Part shown: piece by piece, positions 11,306-23,301 of the stretch
Numbering within the stretch: the first letter of the stretch is position 1
Layout: each line of letters begins with the position of its first letter
Assembly (NCBI GenBank): GCA_050084515.1
Contig: CM114271.1
Coordinates: 25,916,001 to 25,980,000 of the forward strand
DNA length: 64,000 nt
Origin: Blasia pusilla
Taxonomy: Eukaryota
Reading direction: 5' to 3'
The notes under the pieces: model-generated
Seen by the model: only the letters and a program-made list of their open reading frames with translations
Told to the model about the DNA's origin: nothing
The model's database searches: none
Position numbers and translations under genes: made by a program

Positions 11306-14075
11306 CTGAGAAATTTCAGAAATCTATGACGTTAGATGAATTGTCAAAGGTTGGATGTGTTTGTAGACCACAATTAGCGAGAATCAGGATATTCATGAGT
11401 AGTCAGATTCTCTCAAGTAAATTGGGATCTTACAGAAATGAGCAAGAACGTATCACGGTTGAAGTGCGCGGACTATCAAAGATGTGGAAGCTGCAGATCT
11501 ACCCTCCCGTCCCATCCGTCTTCCGTCAGTTCGGCTGTAAGACCATATATTCCACTTCCGATCACCGGGTACCTGTGCCTTGTACATGTTGAAACAATGA
11601 GAATTCAATGGGACTCCAGAACAGTTTCACCACATAATTTATGACTCTGAGGTCTGATCTGGATTACCATGTGTTTCATATGAAGTTGACCATCGCTTGC
11701 TAGTGTCGAACTTGTTTGCTTTGGTCTTAGACCCAGTTTCCATACTCTTTTACTAGTTAAATTTGTTGAAGCTCATTGAAGTAATTGTCTTGGTTTCAAT
11801 GTTCTGACAAGGAGGGTTTCTATACAAATTTCCAACACGTAACATCTGGGCTTATATATATTTAGGCATGCTGCATCCTTTGTATATGTGGAAGTCACTT
11901 GCTTAGTCATTCTGATTTGCTAGCAGGTAAATCCGCCCCACCTCAATTGATAGCTTGTACCATGAAAGCGTTCAGTAATTGTGCTCAGCCTTTTTATATT
12001 TAGACTGGATATAGACAGCATCTTGTGGTGGCAAGTGTCATCATGAAATGTTTAAGCTCAATCAGGACTCGTTTGGAAGATAGTGTTGGGTAAAGGCGTA
12101 GGCTGCTATTAACTTCATGTCCATTCTCACGCGTGCTTATGTGTGCGCAGTTGATTAAAAGTTTAGTTATTTAATCGGACATCTAAATCCAAGTGTGTCG
12201 GGAGCGAGGTATAGCTACCACCTTTTGTTGTTTTCAATCCAACAGTGGTTGGAAGTTTCTATCCCTCCTGATTATTGTGGGTTGTGGATATGTTTGAGTG
12301 TGCTGGGATTCTATAGGCTTTTGCTCAGAATGAAGGCAAACAGAATTTGCCTAGACATTCTGATGTGCTAGCAGATAAATGATCCTACCATTCTAGCATT
12401 AAAGTCACTCTGATTTGCTAGCAGGAAAACAAATTCGGCAGGTAAATGAGCTACCCTTCCTTCCTTCCATCCATCAACACGCTTTGCTTTGCTTATGCTC
12501 GAGCATCGAGACTCGAGAGACGATGGATCTATTCCACGAAACATCATCTCTGGGCAGTATTTTTTTGACATGATTCTTCTTGAATTTTGTCTTATTTCGA
12601 GGGTTCTCATAATGTTGTTGAATTCTACTTGTCTCTGATGTTGTGTAGGGTTGAAGGTCATCAGTAACATTGCAAGTCCGCCATCGACAGTTACGTATTT
12701 TGAGGCAGTAGGGGAGGTAGGTTTAAAGCCACCAAGGATCAACACATTAGGGCCATGTCGGGTCAGCCGATGTTTTTACATGCCAAGGGGTTGGGGTTGT
12801 TGGGAATTCAGGTTAACAAACCTGAAAACGTTACTGGTCTTCTATCAGGGAACCATGGCAATCTTCAGACATGGGTCAGCCCCATAGTACATAGCAGTTC
12901 TAGTTCAGATTTGTTTCTAGGGTATATTGTGTGCAAGCGCTTGCATCCTCACTCCAGATTGTATTTGGATGAGTGGATTGTCTTAGGGTTTCCATTGGAA
13001 ACTTATAAGTGTCTAGAACAGGCACCGACACATGCTGGATTTAATGTTGCATTCTCACCCAAGGCCCGGTTGGTGGGGGACCATGTATGGTTAGACTCTT
13101 ACTTCCAAAAGAAGGGACAGACTGAATTTCTAGTGGTGGAAAACCAGGGAGGTAAGATGAATGTTGTCCGAATTAAGGACATTAAACATTTGATGGGGGC
13201 ATCCAAACAGAACATGCTTGCCAAGATTGTTTGTACAATCCGGTTAAAGAGGAGAGTGTCCACCTCTGAGGAGAAGGACCCTGTTCCTTGGGTTATCGGA
13301 GTTACTCCTAAAACTATCTACCTTATCGACCAGACTGATGTGGATGACAAAGCACCGATTGGAAATGAGCACATTTCAGATTTGTCCGAAGTACTGAGTT
13401 CCATGACCCTTCTGAATTTATCCCAGGGTATTCCTCGGAACCTTATTTCCTTCTAGAATTGTTTGTTTTACGGAGTTTAGCGTGATTACATTTGCGGTAT
13501 TTACATGGTACACCTGAATTCCTCATGCATGTATGTTGTTCCCCGTTGGCAAGGCTAACCAATTCGAGTCTTTGTCATCTTGTGTTTGGGAGGTAGTTGG
13601 GGCTCCTCAAGACCTTGACCACGTGGGCCATGTTAGGTTTAGGGTAGAAGTAGGTTTTCTTATGTTTGTGTCCTTCACACATTTACATATTTCGGATTCT
13701 TTGGGATATTCATACTGATTCTTAGTGTGTCTCAGATGAAGTAGAAATTCTGTCAACTTTTCAGATATAGATGACCCGGTGACAACCAGGAAATCCTGCT
13801 TTTGGCTAAAGTATTATAGCCAAAACCAGAATTTTCCTGGGATGGAATTTGAGGATATGTATCCTACAAATTTCGGTAGGAGCTTCGGGGTATGGATGCG
13901 AGAGGAATTATGTATCTACATTCTAGATACAGAATTCTAGCTTACATTTTTTGCTTTCATTTTTAGAAGTAAGTTTTTAAATTCCAGCTTTGCATTCCAG
14001 CTTTAAATTCTAGCTATGCTTGTATCTGTTGGTGTGTTTACATGTGAGTGAGAACTCGTTGTGGATACACTCCAG

Positions 14076-14420
14076 GTTGAAGCCCAACCAGCAAACATGT
14101 TTGCTGCATTTAGGGGCAAGAGTGTAGGTCCTCCAGAGAAACCAGCCGCACAAACCTCTCTTTGGCGGGACCCGGTCGAGTGGGTTCATTATTGCTACTC
14201 AAAGGAGCATAAGCAATTCGTGTGCCTGTGCTCCAAGTGCATCGAGTACTTTCGTGGGCCAGAAACTTTTAACTCGCACATTGCATCACATTGGTTGAGG
14301 CCGGTGCCTGGAACACCAAGGGCGAGTGGTAAGAAGAAGGTGGAAGCAGACTACGACCGAGACGACGTGGAGGATGAAGATGATGATAAGGGTGTAGGAC
14401 TTCTTCTTCTTCATACGTAG
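14076..14420 (+). CDS. Putative exon encoding a classical C2H2 zinc finger followed by an acidic stretch
   Basis: CSKC-IEYFRGPETFNS-H-IAS-H gives C-x2-C-x12-H-x3-H (14229-14291). CAG acceptor at 14073-14075. Full gene not resolved. Confidence 0.5.
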   Translation, partial: VEAQPANMFAAFRGKSVGPPEKPAAQTSLWRDPVEWVHYCYSKEHKQFVCLCSKCIEYFRGPETFNSHIASHWLRPVPGTPRASGKKKVEADYDRDDVEDEDDDKGVGLLLLHT

Positions 14421-17400
14421 TTAGTGAGATGGTAGCAATGTTTGGTGTATGTGCTCTATGATCCTCAAGACTTCATTCATTTATGTTCCAAAATTGTGCA
14501 GGGAACCAGGCTACCCCATCTGCAGCCAACTTGCGTCTGCGAGGCACCGTGCAGCAACGCTGGGCTCATCGCAAAAAACAGAAGAAGGCTGCTCTGTTCA
14601 GTAAAGCGAAGGAGCATTCGAAATGGGCAGCGGGCCCGTTTGTACCTATGCCCATTTTGCCAGATCTTTTGATTGCTTTTGAGGGCTATAGGACAGAAGA
14701 ACACGGTCATATCTCATGGGCAGGTTTAGCTAGGATACACGAGTATGAGAAGGTCCGAGAGGAGCTAGAGGGTGCCCTTGTGTGCCCTACCACCACTGTC
14801 AAGGGATGGATTGAGTCGGGCCGCCGGCTTCTCCCTACTACTATCCCTGTAGATAGAGGTCAGCGTTCCACCTACTGGAGATGCATGGCCGCTTTCCATC
14901 ATCTAGCCGCAGTGTGGATCATGGACAGACAGGAACCGTATGATGGGATGCTGGAGCCGAAACCAGGGAGCATCAGGTTGAACATTCCCTGCATGTTCTA
15001 GAAGAAATGAGCAGAGACGGATGCGAGTGTCATCCATGCCGTCACGTCCACGAGTTGGACCATTGCCTACAGAGTTTGTACAAGCATTGGCTGGGGGCGA
15101 GACGAGGAGAGATAGGCACCCATGGACTTCTTGGGACATCGTTCGAGTAGAGAGTGCGAAGGCGGCTAGAGTAGCACATGTTCATTTTTTGGATGTGGAG
15201 CATGGTGTAGGAGGTCAGAGTGGAGTGGCTGTTGCGGAGGTGGCTAGGGTTGCTACATAGCAACCAAAGCCGGAGGTTGCGTCCTCTTCGAGTGAGGTCA
15301 CGATGGAGACTTGGGAGCCTGTGACAGGTCTCAAGTTTATAGAAGGAGAGCGACGGCGAGTTCATAGGTTTTTGAGAGGGCATGTCAGTTGTTTTGCCTT
15401 TAGTATGAGAGACTTGGATACGTTGAAGGGTCCCGGGATACGGATTGAGTTGGCTAGTGATACGCCGATCTTTCGTCGACCCTACAGGTATTCTGATATG
15501 GAGCGAGCCTTGATTCAGAGCAGGAGTCACGACTTGTTGGAGGCAGGACTTGTGGAGTTATCACATGGGCAGTATGCATCTACCACAGTCATGCCAGCGA
15601 AAAAGGATATGTATGGCAATTGGACGGATAGGCGGATGTGTGGAGATTACCGTCCTATCAACCGACAGACGAGGTCAAATCGGTACGCCATGCCTACTCT
15701 TGAGGAGATCTTTGATGCGGTAGGGCATGCAAAGATCTTCAGTACTTTAGATCTCCGTCTTTGGCTATCATCGACTTCCTATCGAGTTGGAGGACAGGAG
15801 AAGACTGAAGATTCGGGGGATAGATCGGTTCGGGAGAGATTGCTTGTATCAGTGGCGGTTCTTACCATTTGGGTTGAAGAACGAGCATGCAAAGTTTCAA
15901 AGAGTGATGGATGGGATTCTGGCTGGCTTGGATTTTGTACGATGTTACATAGATGATATTCTTATCTTCAGTTCCACGGTTGAGGAGCATGAGCGACACT
16001 TGGAGGAGGTGTTTCGGCGATTGCAGTTACATGGACTAAAGTTACATCCAGGCAAGTACAGATTATTTCAGGAGCACATTGAATACTTGGGACACACCAT
16101 ATACCCGAGTGGGTTAGGCGTTCAGCAGACAAAGGTAGAGGCTATTGCGCAGATTCCATGCCCTACAGATGTGAGTCGAGCCCGAGCATTTATTGGACTG
16201 GTGAACTTATATCGACGGTATGTCAAGGGTTTTAGTGCGATCGCAAAGTCTTTGACCTTGTTGACGAGACTTGATCAGGTTTGGTTGTGGGGAGATGATC
16301 AGGAGTGAGCATTTCAGGAGCTCAAGGATAGGTTGACATCCTCACCCATTTTATAAAGACCGATTAGGGGTCACCCATTCCAGTTACATACGGATTGGAG
16401 CATGTTGGGTCTAGGAGCAGTGCTTACTTAGAGGGATGACGAGGAGAGGGAGTTCGTTGTGGCTTACGCGAGCCGATCGAACAACATTGCAAAGGCGAAG
16501 TACGGCTCCTACAAGGGAGAGTGCTTGGCTGCAGTGCGGGCCGTGGCACATTTTAGGTGCTATTTATTCGGCAACCCTTTCACACTTATCACTGATCATC
16601 AGCCGTTGAGGTGGTTGATGGAGTCCGAAAAGCTTACTGGAAAGCTTGCGAGGTGGGCTCTATTACTACAGGAGTATGAGTTTGAGGTGGTTCATAGGCC
16701 AGGTCGGCTGAACCAGGATGCGGATGGGTTGAGTCGTAACTCATGTCCGAGTCAGAGAGACGACACAGGAGCTTGATGGCACGGAGAGAGTGATGAGGAG
16801 ATGGTGCCCGGTTGGCATGCATCTGCCTATCTTTGTTGGTTGACTATGGCAAGTCAGCCACAGGTGATGACTCCAGTGGTGGGGTTGGATGATGAGTCTT
16901 TGGATCCGGAGGTTGGTGAGGAGGCGACAGGTGGTCGTGATATCCATTACGACGTGGAGGTTGTGGAGTTCTTGCGCATTGGCGTCATTGCGAGTACAGA
17001 GAGTGCTAGGGAGCGGGATCGGATCCTACAGAGAGCCAAGAGGTTCAAGTGGGAGGGAACTCACATTTTGCGGGTATGGGGAGATGGTAGGATACGAGTG
17101 GTACCTCATCCTTCCCAGCGAGCACGTGTAGTGCGACATGCCCATGAGGAGTTGGGACATTTTGGAATAAAGCGTACTTACAGCTTACTCCAGGTTCAGT
17201 ATTGGTGGCGCGGCATGCATACTGGGGTACAACAGTTTGTGGCCAGATGTATGGTATGTGATAGAGTGCAAGCATCCTTCAATGCTCCCACTCCGCACTA
17301 ACATCCTTTGCCGATTATGGGTTTAGGTTATCGGTGGAGTTTAGACTTTGCGGGACCTTTGCCATTGACGGGGCGTCATCATAGGTACGTGTTGGTCATG

Positions 17401-18444
17401 GTGGAGCATTTCTCCAAGTGGATACAGTTGGTGGCACTACCAGACAAGGCGAGCGAGGGAACAGCTTATGCGTTTCTAGATCGTGTGCTTAGTCATTTTG
17501 GTGCACCGGCGGAGGTGTTGACTGACCAGGGTATCGAGTTCAAGGGAGAGTTTCAGGCCTTGTGTGATCAGGCGCTGATAGATCACCACACCACGTCCAG
17601 AGATCATCCTGAGGCGGATGGGTTGGCGGAGAGAGTGGTACAAACGGTGAAGAGAGGATTGCGCAAGTATGGCTTGCAGCGGGGACAATTGAGGGAGTGG
17701 GACCTACAGTTGCCATGGTTGGCTATGGGTTATCGCTTTAGTCGGCAGGCATCCTTGGCCTCATTTTCACCGTACTTTTTGCTCTTTGGGAGAGAGCCAG
17801 ATTTACTTGCAGCGATTCGACGTGACATGGCGGAGGTGTTAGATCTTGATGATCCAGATGTATGGGTACAAGCATGTTCTCAGAGGGCATAAGTTTTTCG
17901 TAGAGTTATGCCTATGGCCTTTGAGAACTTAGCTATTGCCCAGCATAGAGATATATTGAGGCACGCGACCATTCGTGGAGGAGGTTATCGTCCAGGGATT
18001 AGGATGTTTCATCCTGGAGATTACGTGTATTTACAGCAGGCGACACCCACGACGCTAGATGTCACTGCAGGGCGCACGATCCTACGTGTGCGCCAGGTAT
18101 TACCGACCGGAGTCCTCATGTTGGAGGGACGGGATGGTATGGTTTGGAAGGATCATGTGCGCAATTGTGCGCCATGTCATCTTCCGAACGTAGATGGGAC
18201 GGTAGATCCGAGCTTGGGAGTGGTACCTGCAGGCTTGAGGTGTATGTTGTGCGGATCTACGAGGGATGGAGCCACCATGTTGGTATGTGATGGTTGTTCT
18301 CGAGGGTGGCATATGTCATGTCAACCCCCTCTTGATGTGGTTCCCACGGGACGATGGATGTGTCCGAGATGTGTATAGGATAGTAGGTCATGTCAGAGAG
18401 ATATGATATTTTCTATCTGGAGTTAGGGGGATCCAACTGCCAGC

Positions 18445-18454
18445 TAGGGGGCGG
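18445..18454 (+). promoter_or_regulatory. Polypurine-tract-like site TAGGGGGCGG
   Basis: Just downstream of pol. The same motif precedes repeat A at ~30532 (+) and 32539-32548 (-). Confidence 0.65.
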
Positions 18455-18592
18455 TTGTGTGATCTCCATGTATATGTATGAGTTGATTTTTTGTACATGT
18501 GTGGATTGACCCGTATGTGGGGAAGATTGGTGTTGTGTGGTGTAGATGAGACCAGCGATGTATGTTGTGTAGCGATATGTATGCGCACGACA
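18455..18592 (+). repeat. Repeat A of the split-LTR element (ends GCGCACGACA)
   Basis: Homologous to 30543-30662 (+), 32411-32538 (-) and 31765-31892 (-). Confidence 0.75.
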
Positions 18593-18594
18593 GC

Positions 18595-19069
18595 TGTCAC
18601 ATCTGAGTAGCCGATAGGTCGAGATCTATCGTGGATAGGGCGTAGGAGCCAACGGACTATCTTGAGTGTAACTTTGTCCCACGGTGTCGGATGAGATTGA
18701 GGATAGGTCCATTGTGTCAGGAACGTCGTTTCTGACAACTTTCATGTTAAAGTTTTTTACAACCGGGTGACTTGTTGACCAGGTCACCCGCCCCTGGTAA
18801 CCTGTGCGCGTAGGTTACCAAGGGGAGGGCTATTTTTAGGGGAAGAGCCTTTTGGCTCTCCCCAACCCTATATAAGAGAGGAAGATGACTTTCCTAAGCC
18901 ATCTTTCTCATGTTGGGCCGTTGGAGCACCTCCCTTGTATGTGTGTGAGTTAGGACTAGGGTGCTAGCGTCCGGATTCCTTGATAGCACAGGGTGGACGA
19001 GGCTCGATATGCCGATGTAGATTGAGGAGTGGAGTTTTAGGCCGGGTGTGCCGTTTTTACTTCTCTTTA
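18595..19069 (+). repeat. Repeat B (starts TGTCAC; contains TATA box at 18869-18875)
   Basis: Near-identical inverted copy at 19926-20386; diverged copy at 7945-8431; fragment at 61382-61442. Confidence 0.85.
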
Positions 19070-19078
19070 TTGTGATCT

Positions 19079-20386
19079 ACTGCCCACGGCCTCGGACCTT
19101 GCCACTCCCCTATGAGCCCTCTAACTACACATGCACGGCTCCCTGTAGAGCCGCGATCTTGTATGGACACATGCCCTATGGAGCTTCATGTGTCCTTGGA
19201 GCTCCGGGCACGCCGCCCTATACGGTCAGCCCTTGCTCCCACCTTGGCTTGCGCGACACGGCTCCCTATGAGCCCGCCCTTATTCCTTCGGACCCCGTTC
19301 GGGCGCGCTGCCCTATGTAGCTGCCCGACTTCTTGGAGCTCCTTGCTCTCGAGTCCCGGCTCTCCCTTCTCTACCGCGGCCTTGGGCCTACGTGGCGCGT
19401 TGAGGGCAGGAAGCCCTATGCGGCTGCGGCCCTGCTTCCTTACATCCTCGGAGTGTGGACCGCCTATCCCTCTGCACCTGGTCCACCTGTGCCAGCTTTA
19501 CTCGTCCCGACCTAGCTACCTCCTGCGCCTTCCTTCCCACGCACACTGCCCTACCCCTAACAGCTGCGCGACCTAACCCTACGCGACCTAGCCGCCCTTT
19601 ACTTGAGAGCCCCGTGACGGATGCAAGCTCTAACTCTTCTCTCTGGGTACTCCCGACATTCCACGAGCTATAAGACGACGTTACTCCTGCCGACACAACC
19701 TGCGCTACACCCTGCTGTTATCCCCCATTGCTGTCCCCCATCAATCCGCACCAGAAAAATCTGAGAAAAACGGACAACGCTTCCGCCCACGACCTTTTGA
19801 ACAGAAAAATGACACACAAAACGTCACACACACATCTCCAGGGACTCCCTAACCAAGGCAACTCGCTTGCCCACCTGCAAACAACGAATTCCCATCAGCC
19901 CCCTGACATCTTTCTCATGTAAAAATAAAGAGTAGTAAAAACGGCACACCCGGCCTAAAACTCCACTCCTCAATCTACATCGACATATCGAGCCTCGTCC
20001 ACCCTCTGCTATCAAAGAATCCGGACGCTAGCACCCTAGTCCTAACTCACACACATACAAGGGAGGTGCTCCAACGACCCAACATGAGAAAGATGGCTTA
20101 GGAAAGCCATCTTCTTCTCTTATATAGGGTTGGGAAGAGCCAAAAGGCTCTTCCCCTAAAAATAACCCTCCCCTTGATAACCTGCGCGCACAGGTTACCA
20201 GGGGCGGGTGACTTGGTCAACAAGTCACCCGGTTGTAAAAAACTTTAACATGAAAGTTGACAGAAACGACGTTCCTGACACAATGGACCTATCCTCAACC
20301 TCATCCGACACCTTGAGACAAAGTTACACTCAAGATAGTTTGCTAGCTCCTACGTCCTATCCACGATAGATCTTGACCTATCGGCT
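19079..20386 (-). mobile_element. Inverted 5' portion of the same family: B, leader and gag-like start
   Basis: 19926-20386 is the reverse complement of 18609-19069 with scattered mismatches. 19079-19925 is homologous in reverse to ~8430-9300. Confidence 0.85.
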
Positions 20387-20888
20387 TCGGTCATAAATAT
20401 GAGAAGATTACAAAAGGGACACACACAAATCATTTCTTGGTAAGAATTCTTTGGTATCCTCTGGCACCTCATATTTGTTAGGAAAATACCCCCATTAACT
20501 AAACTAAAATACATGACATGGTGGAATTTTGCAAGCTACTATACGCACCGGCCTCCATTATGTACATATCGAAGGCATCATTGATGTAAGTTTACTTCGA
20601 CTTCAAGATACCTTCTCAATTGGTCGTTTACCGATCTGAATCGTTACGGCTCTTACAAACACTGCCCTTTTTCTCCCTCTCCACACGTAGATTATTTGAG
20701 TATCGTCCACACGTGTTCATTAAATACTTTCTGTTTATGGTATGAATCAGACCTCACATGACTCCACCGTTAACTCGATCATGAAACGTCGACGATGGTC
20801 CAATTTCGAGTGCCCCCAATCGATACAATCGGAAAATCATGCAGAGACAAACGGTCCAGATCTCATCTTAAGTTTCACTTGTATCAAT

Positions 20889-21719
20889 TTAAAAGTCGCC
20901 GCCACCCATATCGCCGCCCCCGTCACCCGTGTCCCCGCCGTAATCGTTGTCCAGCATCTCCCCCACCAAGAGCCCGCCCAGAGCACCGCCCATCAAGCCG
21001 GTGCCAAAACCGGCACCGCCCCTGCGAGGCCGTTGCTGATAGCCACTTCCCATGGGAGGCCCGTACCCATACGGCGTTTGCTGCATCGGTGGGTAGCCTC
21101 AAGGGCCCCCACAGCCCCCCATACCTCCGCCATACTGAGGCTGGAATTGAGCAGCGGAGAATGCCGCTTGATAGCTGGCAGCCGCTTGCGGAAAGGCTAC
21201 GGGATGATGCCGGCTTCTATGGTGCTGTCGTCGCTGAATCGTTCTCAACTCGCCCAATACGGGATGATACCGGCTTCTATAGTGCTGTTGTCGCTGAATC
21301 GTTCTCAACTCGCCCAATTGTGCAGACATGATTAAACTCCCTTTCACTTTTCCTGAGGGTCGGATGACGGAAAAAGCCCTGATCTGGGCCTCACTACCAT
21401 CTCTGTCAATCTCTCGGAGAGGAATGGTGACAGTTCCCACCAGTTTCTTCTGGAGAGTTCCGTGGCTGTATATCTTCACCGTGATGTAGCAGGGCCGTCC
21501 GTTTCCTTGCAGGAGTTGCTCGTCGCAGGTTAGTGTCAAGGGTGCGTTCCAGGTTGGGTTGAGCCCACCGCTGGTATCCACTCTAGTCGCTTTCTGTTTG
21601 TTGACATAGATATACGCCACCACGTAGCACTTCTGCTCTCCGAACATTTTCACCTTCTTCAAGTCGCTCGCCGACACTAAGTTCAAATTTATCGTCCTCA
21701 CTTCCACCAGTGAACCCAT
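20889..21719 (-). pseudogene. SRC2: Intronless SRC2-like C2-domain protein with an in-frame TGA at 21099-21101
   Basis: N-terminal C2 domain (VSASDLKKV..TRVDTSGGLNPTWN..LVGTVTIPL..FSVIRPSGKVKG), Pro/Tyr/Gly-rich linker and the typical SRC2 tail GTGLMGGALGGLLVGEML..GGGDF in the same frame after the stop. Confidence 0.8.
21198..21317. repeat. 60-bp in-frame tandem duplication inside the SRC2-like CDS
   Basis: Two 60-bp units encode LGELRTIQRQQHYRSRYHPV and LGELRTIQRRQHHRSRHHPV. Confidence 0.95.
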
Positions 21720-23227
21720 CTTCAAAACCAAATCAACAATCAGTTCCCTCTCCAGCTCCAAACTGCCTTGAAACTTGAACGTACTCCAATTCAAACTCGC
21801 GCTCAGGATCGGAGTCACCAATACCCCTCTCCGCACGAGATTGATTCAAGCTTGGTCCGATCCAAACGTACCTATGGACCAACAAGCGATTCACGTTTCA
21901 AAAACGCTCTTCGGTCGTCTACGCGAATTAAAGCTGAAAAGTCTGAAGAGAACCACAAGCTGAAGGCTGTCTTGAGGTAGTCGCTCACAGAGAAAAGAGG
22001 GACGGTCGAATTGACTGTGGAAGTGTGCAAGCGCAGGTCGGCTTGGGATTATATGCTTCTCGGGCGAGCCTGCCTGTGACTGATGATTTCAGGTCAAGGT
22101 CACAGCGCATATGTGCCTTGGGCGCGACGTCTGGTCGGCAGGTCATTCTGCAGTCGTCACGTTACGGGGAAACTAGGATACTAGAAGAAGTACGCGTTGG
22201 ATTGTGTTGCAAGGATCCGGGGTTACGAGTAAGGCTAGCCGGTTAAATCTGAGAATTTCCGATTAATTTTAAAGCTGCCTACGAAAAACCGGTTGTATTT
22301 CGTATCTGAAAACCGGTTCAAAAACCGGACTTTCCGTTTCCGATTTACAATTCCCGGTAATGTACCGGGTCCCGCGAAAAAACTCCCCGAACCCTGGTTG
22401 CAAGACAGAGAAGTGGCCGGTGCGATGCATCTGAGGGTCTTTGAGGAGCTCCAGCGTCCTTCCACTCTTCTACGGTGACATGTCGCACTCACTTACGAGT
22501 GACCTTTCCCTCCTTTCACTTTAACGGGCGCGTTAGGTCACTCCTTTTTCTTACGTGATTATTGGTCTCCATTTTAACCCTTTAAGAGGGGTTTGGGAGA
22601 AAGTAATTAATAAACGCATGGGGACACGAGGATAGCTTAGATGGTGAGAAAAATGATGAGGACATGTAAGGGCAATAACAAAAATGGTGACAAGCAATCA
22701 AAATAATAAGTTAACAATTTGAAATAAATGACAAGAAAACTATTGGTAGTGGTTGGTGAAATATGAATCTTAAATCTTAAATAATACTAATAAGAATGCC
22801 CATGCACCCCATATATAACCGCGGTCTTGATAGGACTACCCTCAACTTGATGCACCCACATCTAAGTTTTGGGTAATCCTTGCCGTGGTGATAATGTGCA
22901 CTCAAGGGATCCTGCAACAACTTACCAAGTAGGGCCTCAAGGGCCTTAAAGCACATGGGTTTGGCTGTCTTTACCATTCATTAGCTCTCACTCCCTAGAA
23001 CCCTTCATGAATTAGATAAAGCTATCGGGGAAGCACTCCAAAGATGAACTCGGATGACTTTGGGACACATCACACAATTTGGAACTTCTCATGAAAGACC
23101 TCCCTTAGTTGGATTATCCATATGTAGAGTAGGTAGCGTGAGAAGAGAGGGATCCTCGCTCAGGTGCAAGTTCTCTTTAAGCATGTAGTGCAGCTTTTAC
23201 GCTCTCGAACTCCTTTGCATCTTCCCC

Positions 23228-23232
<5 letters not shown>

Positions 23233-23298
<66 letters not shown>
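23233..23298. repeat. (GA)n microsatellite
   Basis: Perfect dinucleotide run. Confidence 0.99.

Positions 23299-23301
<3 letters not shown>

Larger units (their letters stand above)
14620..19078 (+). mobile_element. Ty3/gypsy retrotransposon, 5'-truncated: RT-RNaseH-integrase-PHD finger, then PPT, repeat A, repeat B
   Basis: RT (RMCGDYRPIN, FSTLDL, LPFGLKN, YIDD), RNaseH (AYASRS, LITDHQPL, ADGLSR), integrase HHCC and DDE core (WSLDFAGP, TDQG, ADGLAER), C-terminal PHD CMLC..VCDGCSRGWHMSC..WMCPRC. Several stops and frameshifts. Left boundary approximate. Confidence 0.95.

Noticed and set aside
14620-19078. DIRS/Ngaro assignment suggested by the split repeats
   Set aside because: The element encodes an HHCC-DDE integrase and gypsy-type RT, and no tyrosine recombinase motif was seen.
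20742-21335. 197-aa and 178-aa + strand ORFs
   Set aside because: Antisense shadows of the GC-rich SRC2-like CDS.
22205-22405. Possible MITE with AACCGG repeats and weak inverted ends
   Set aside because: No convincing TSD and only a loose TIR.
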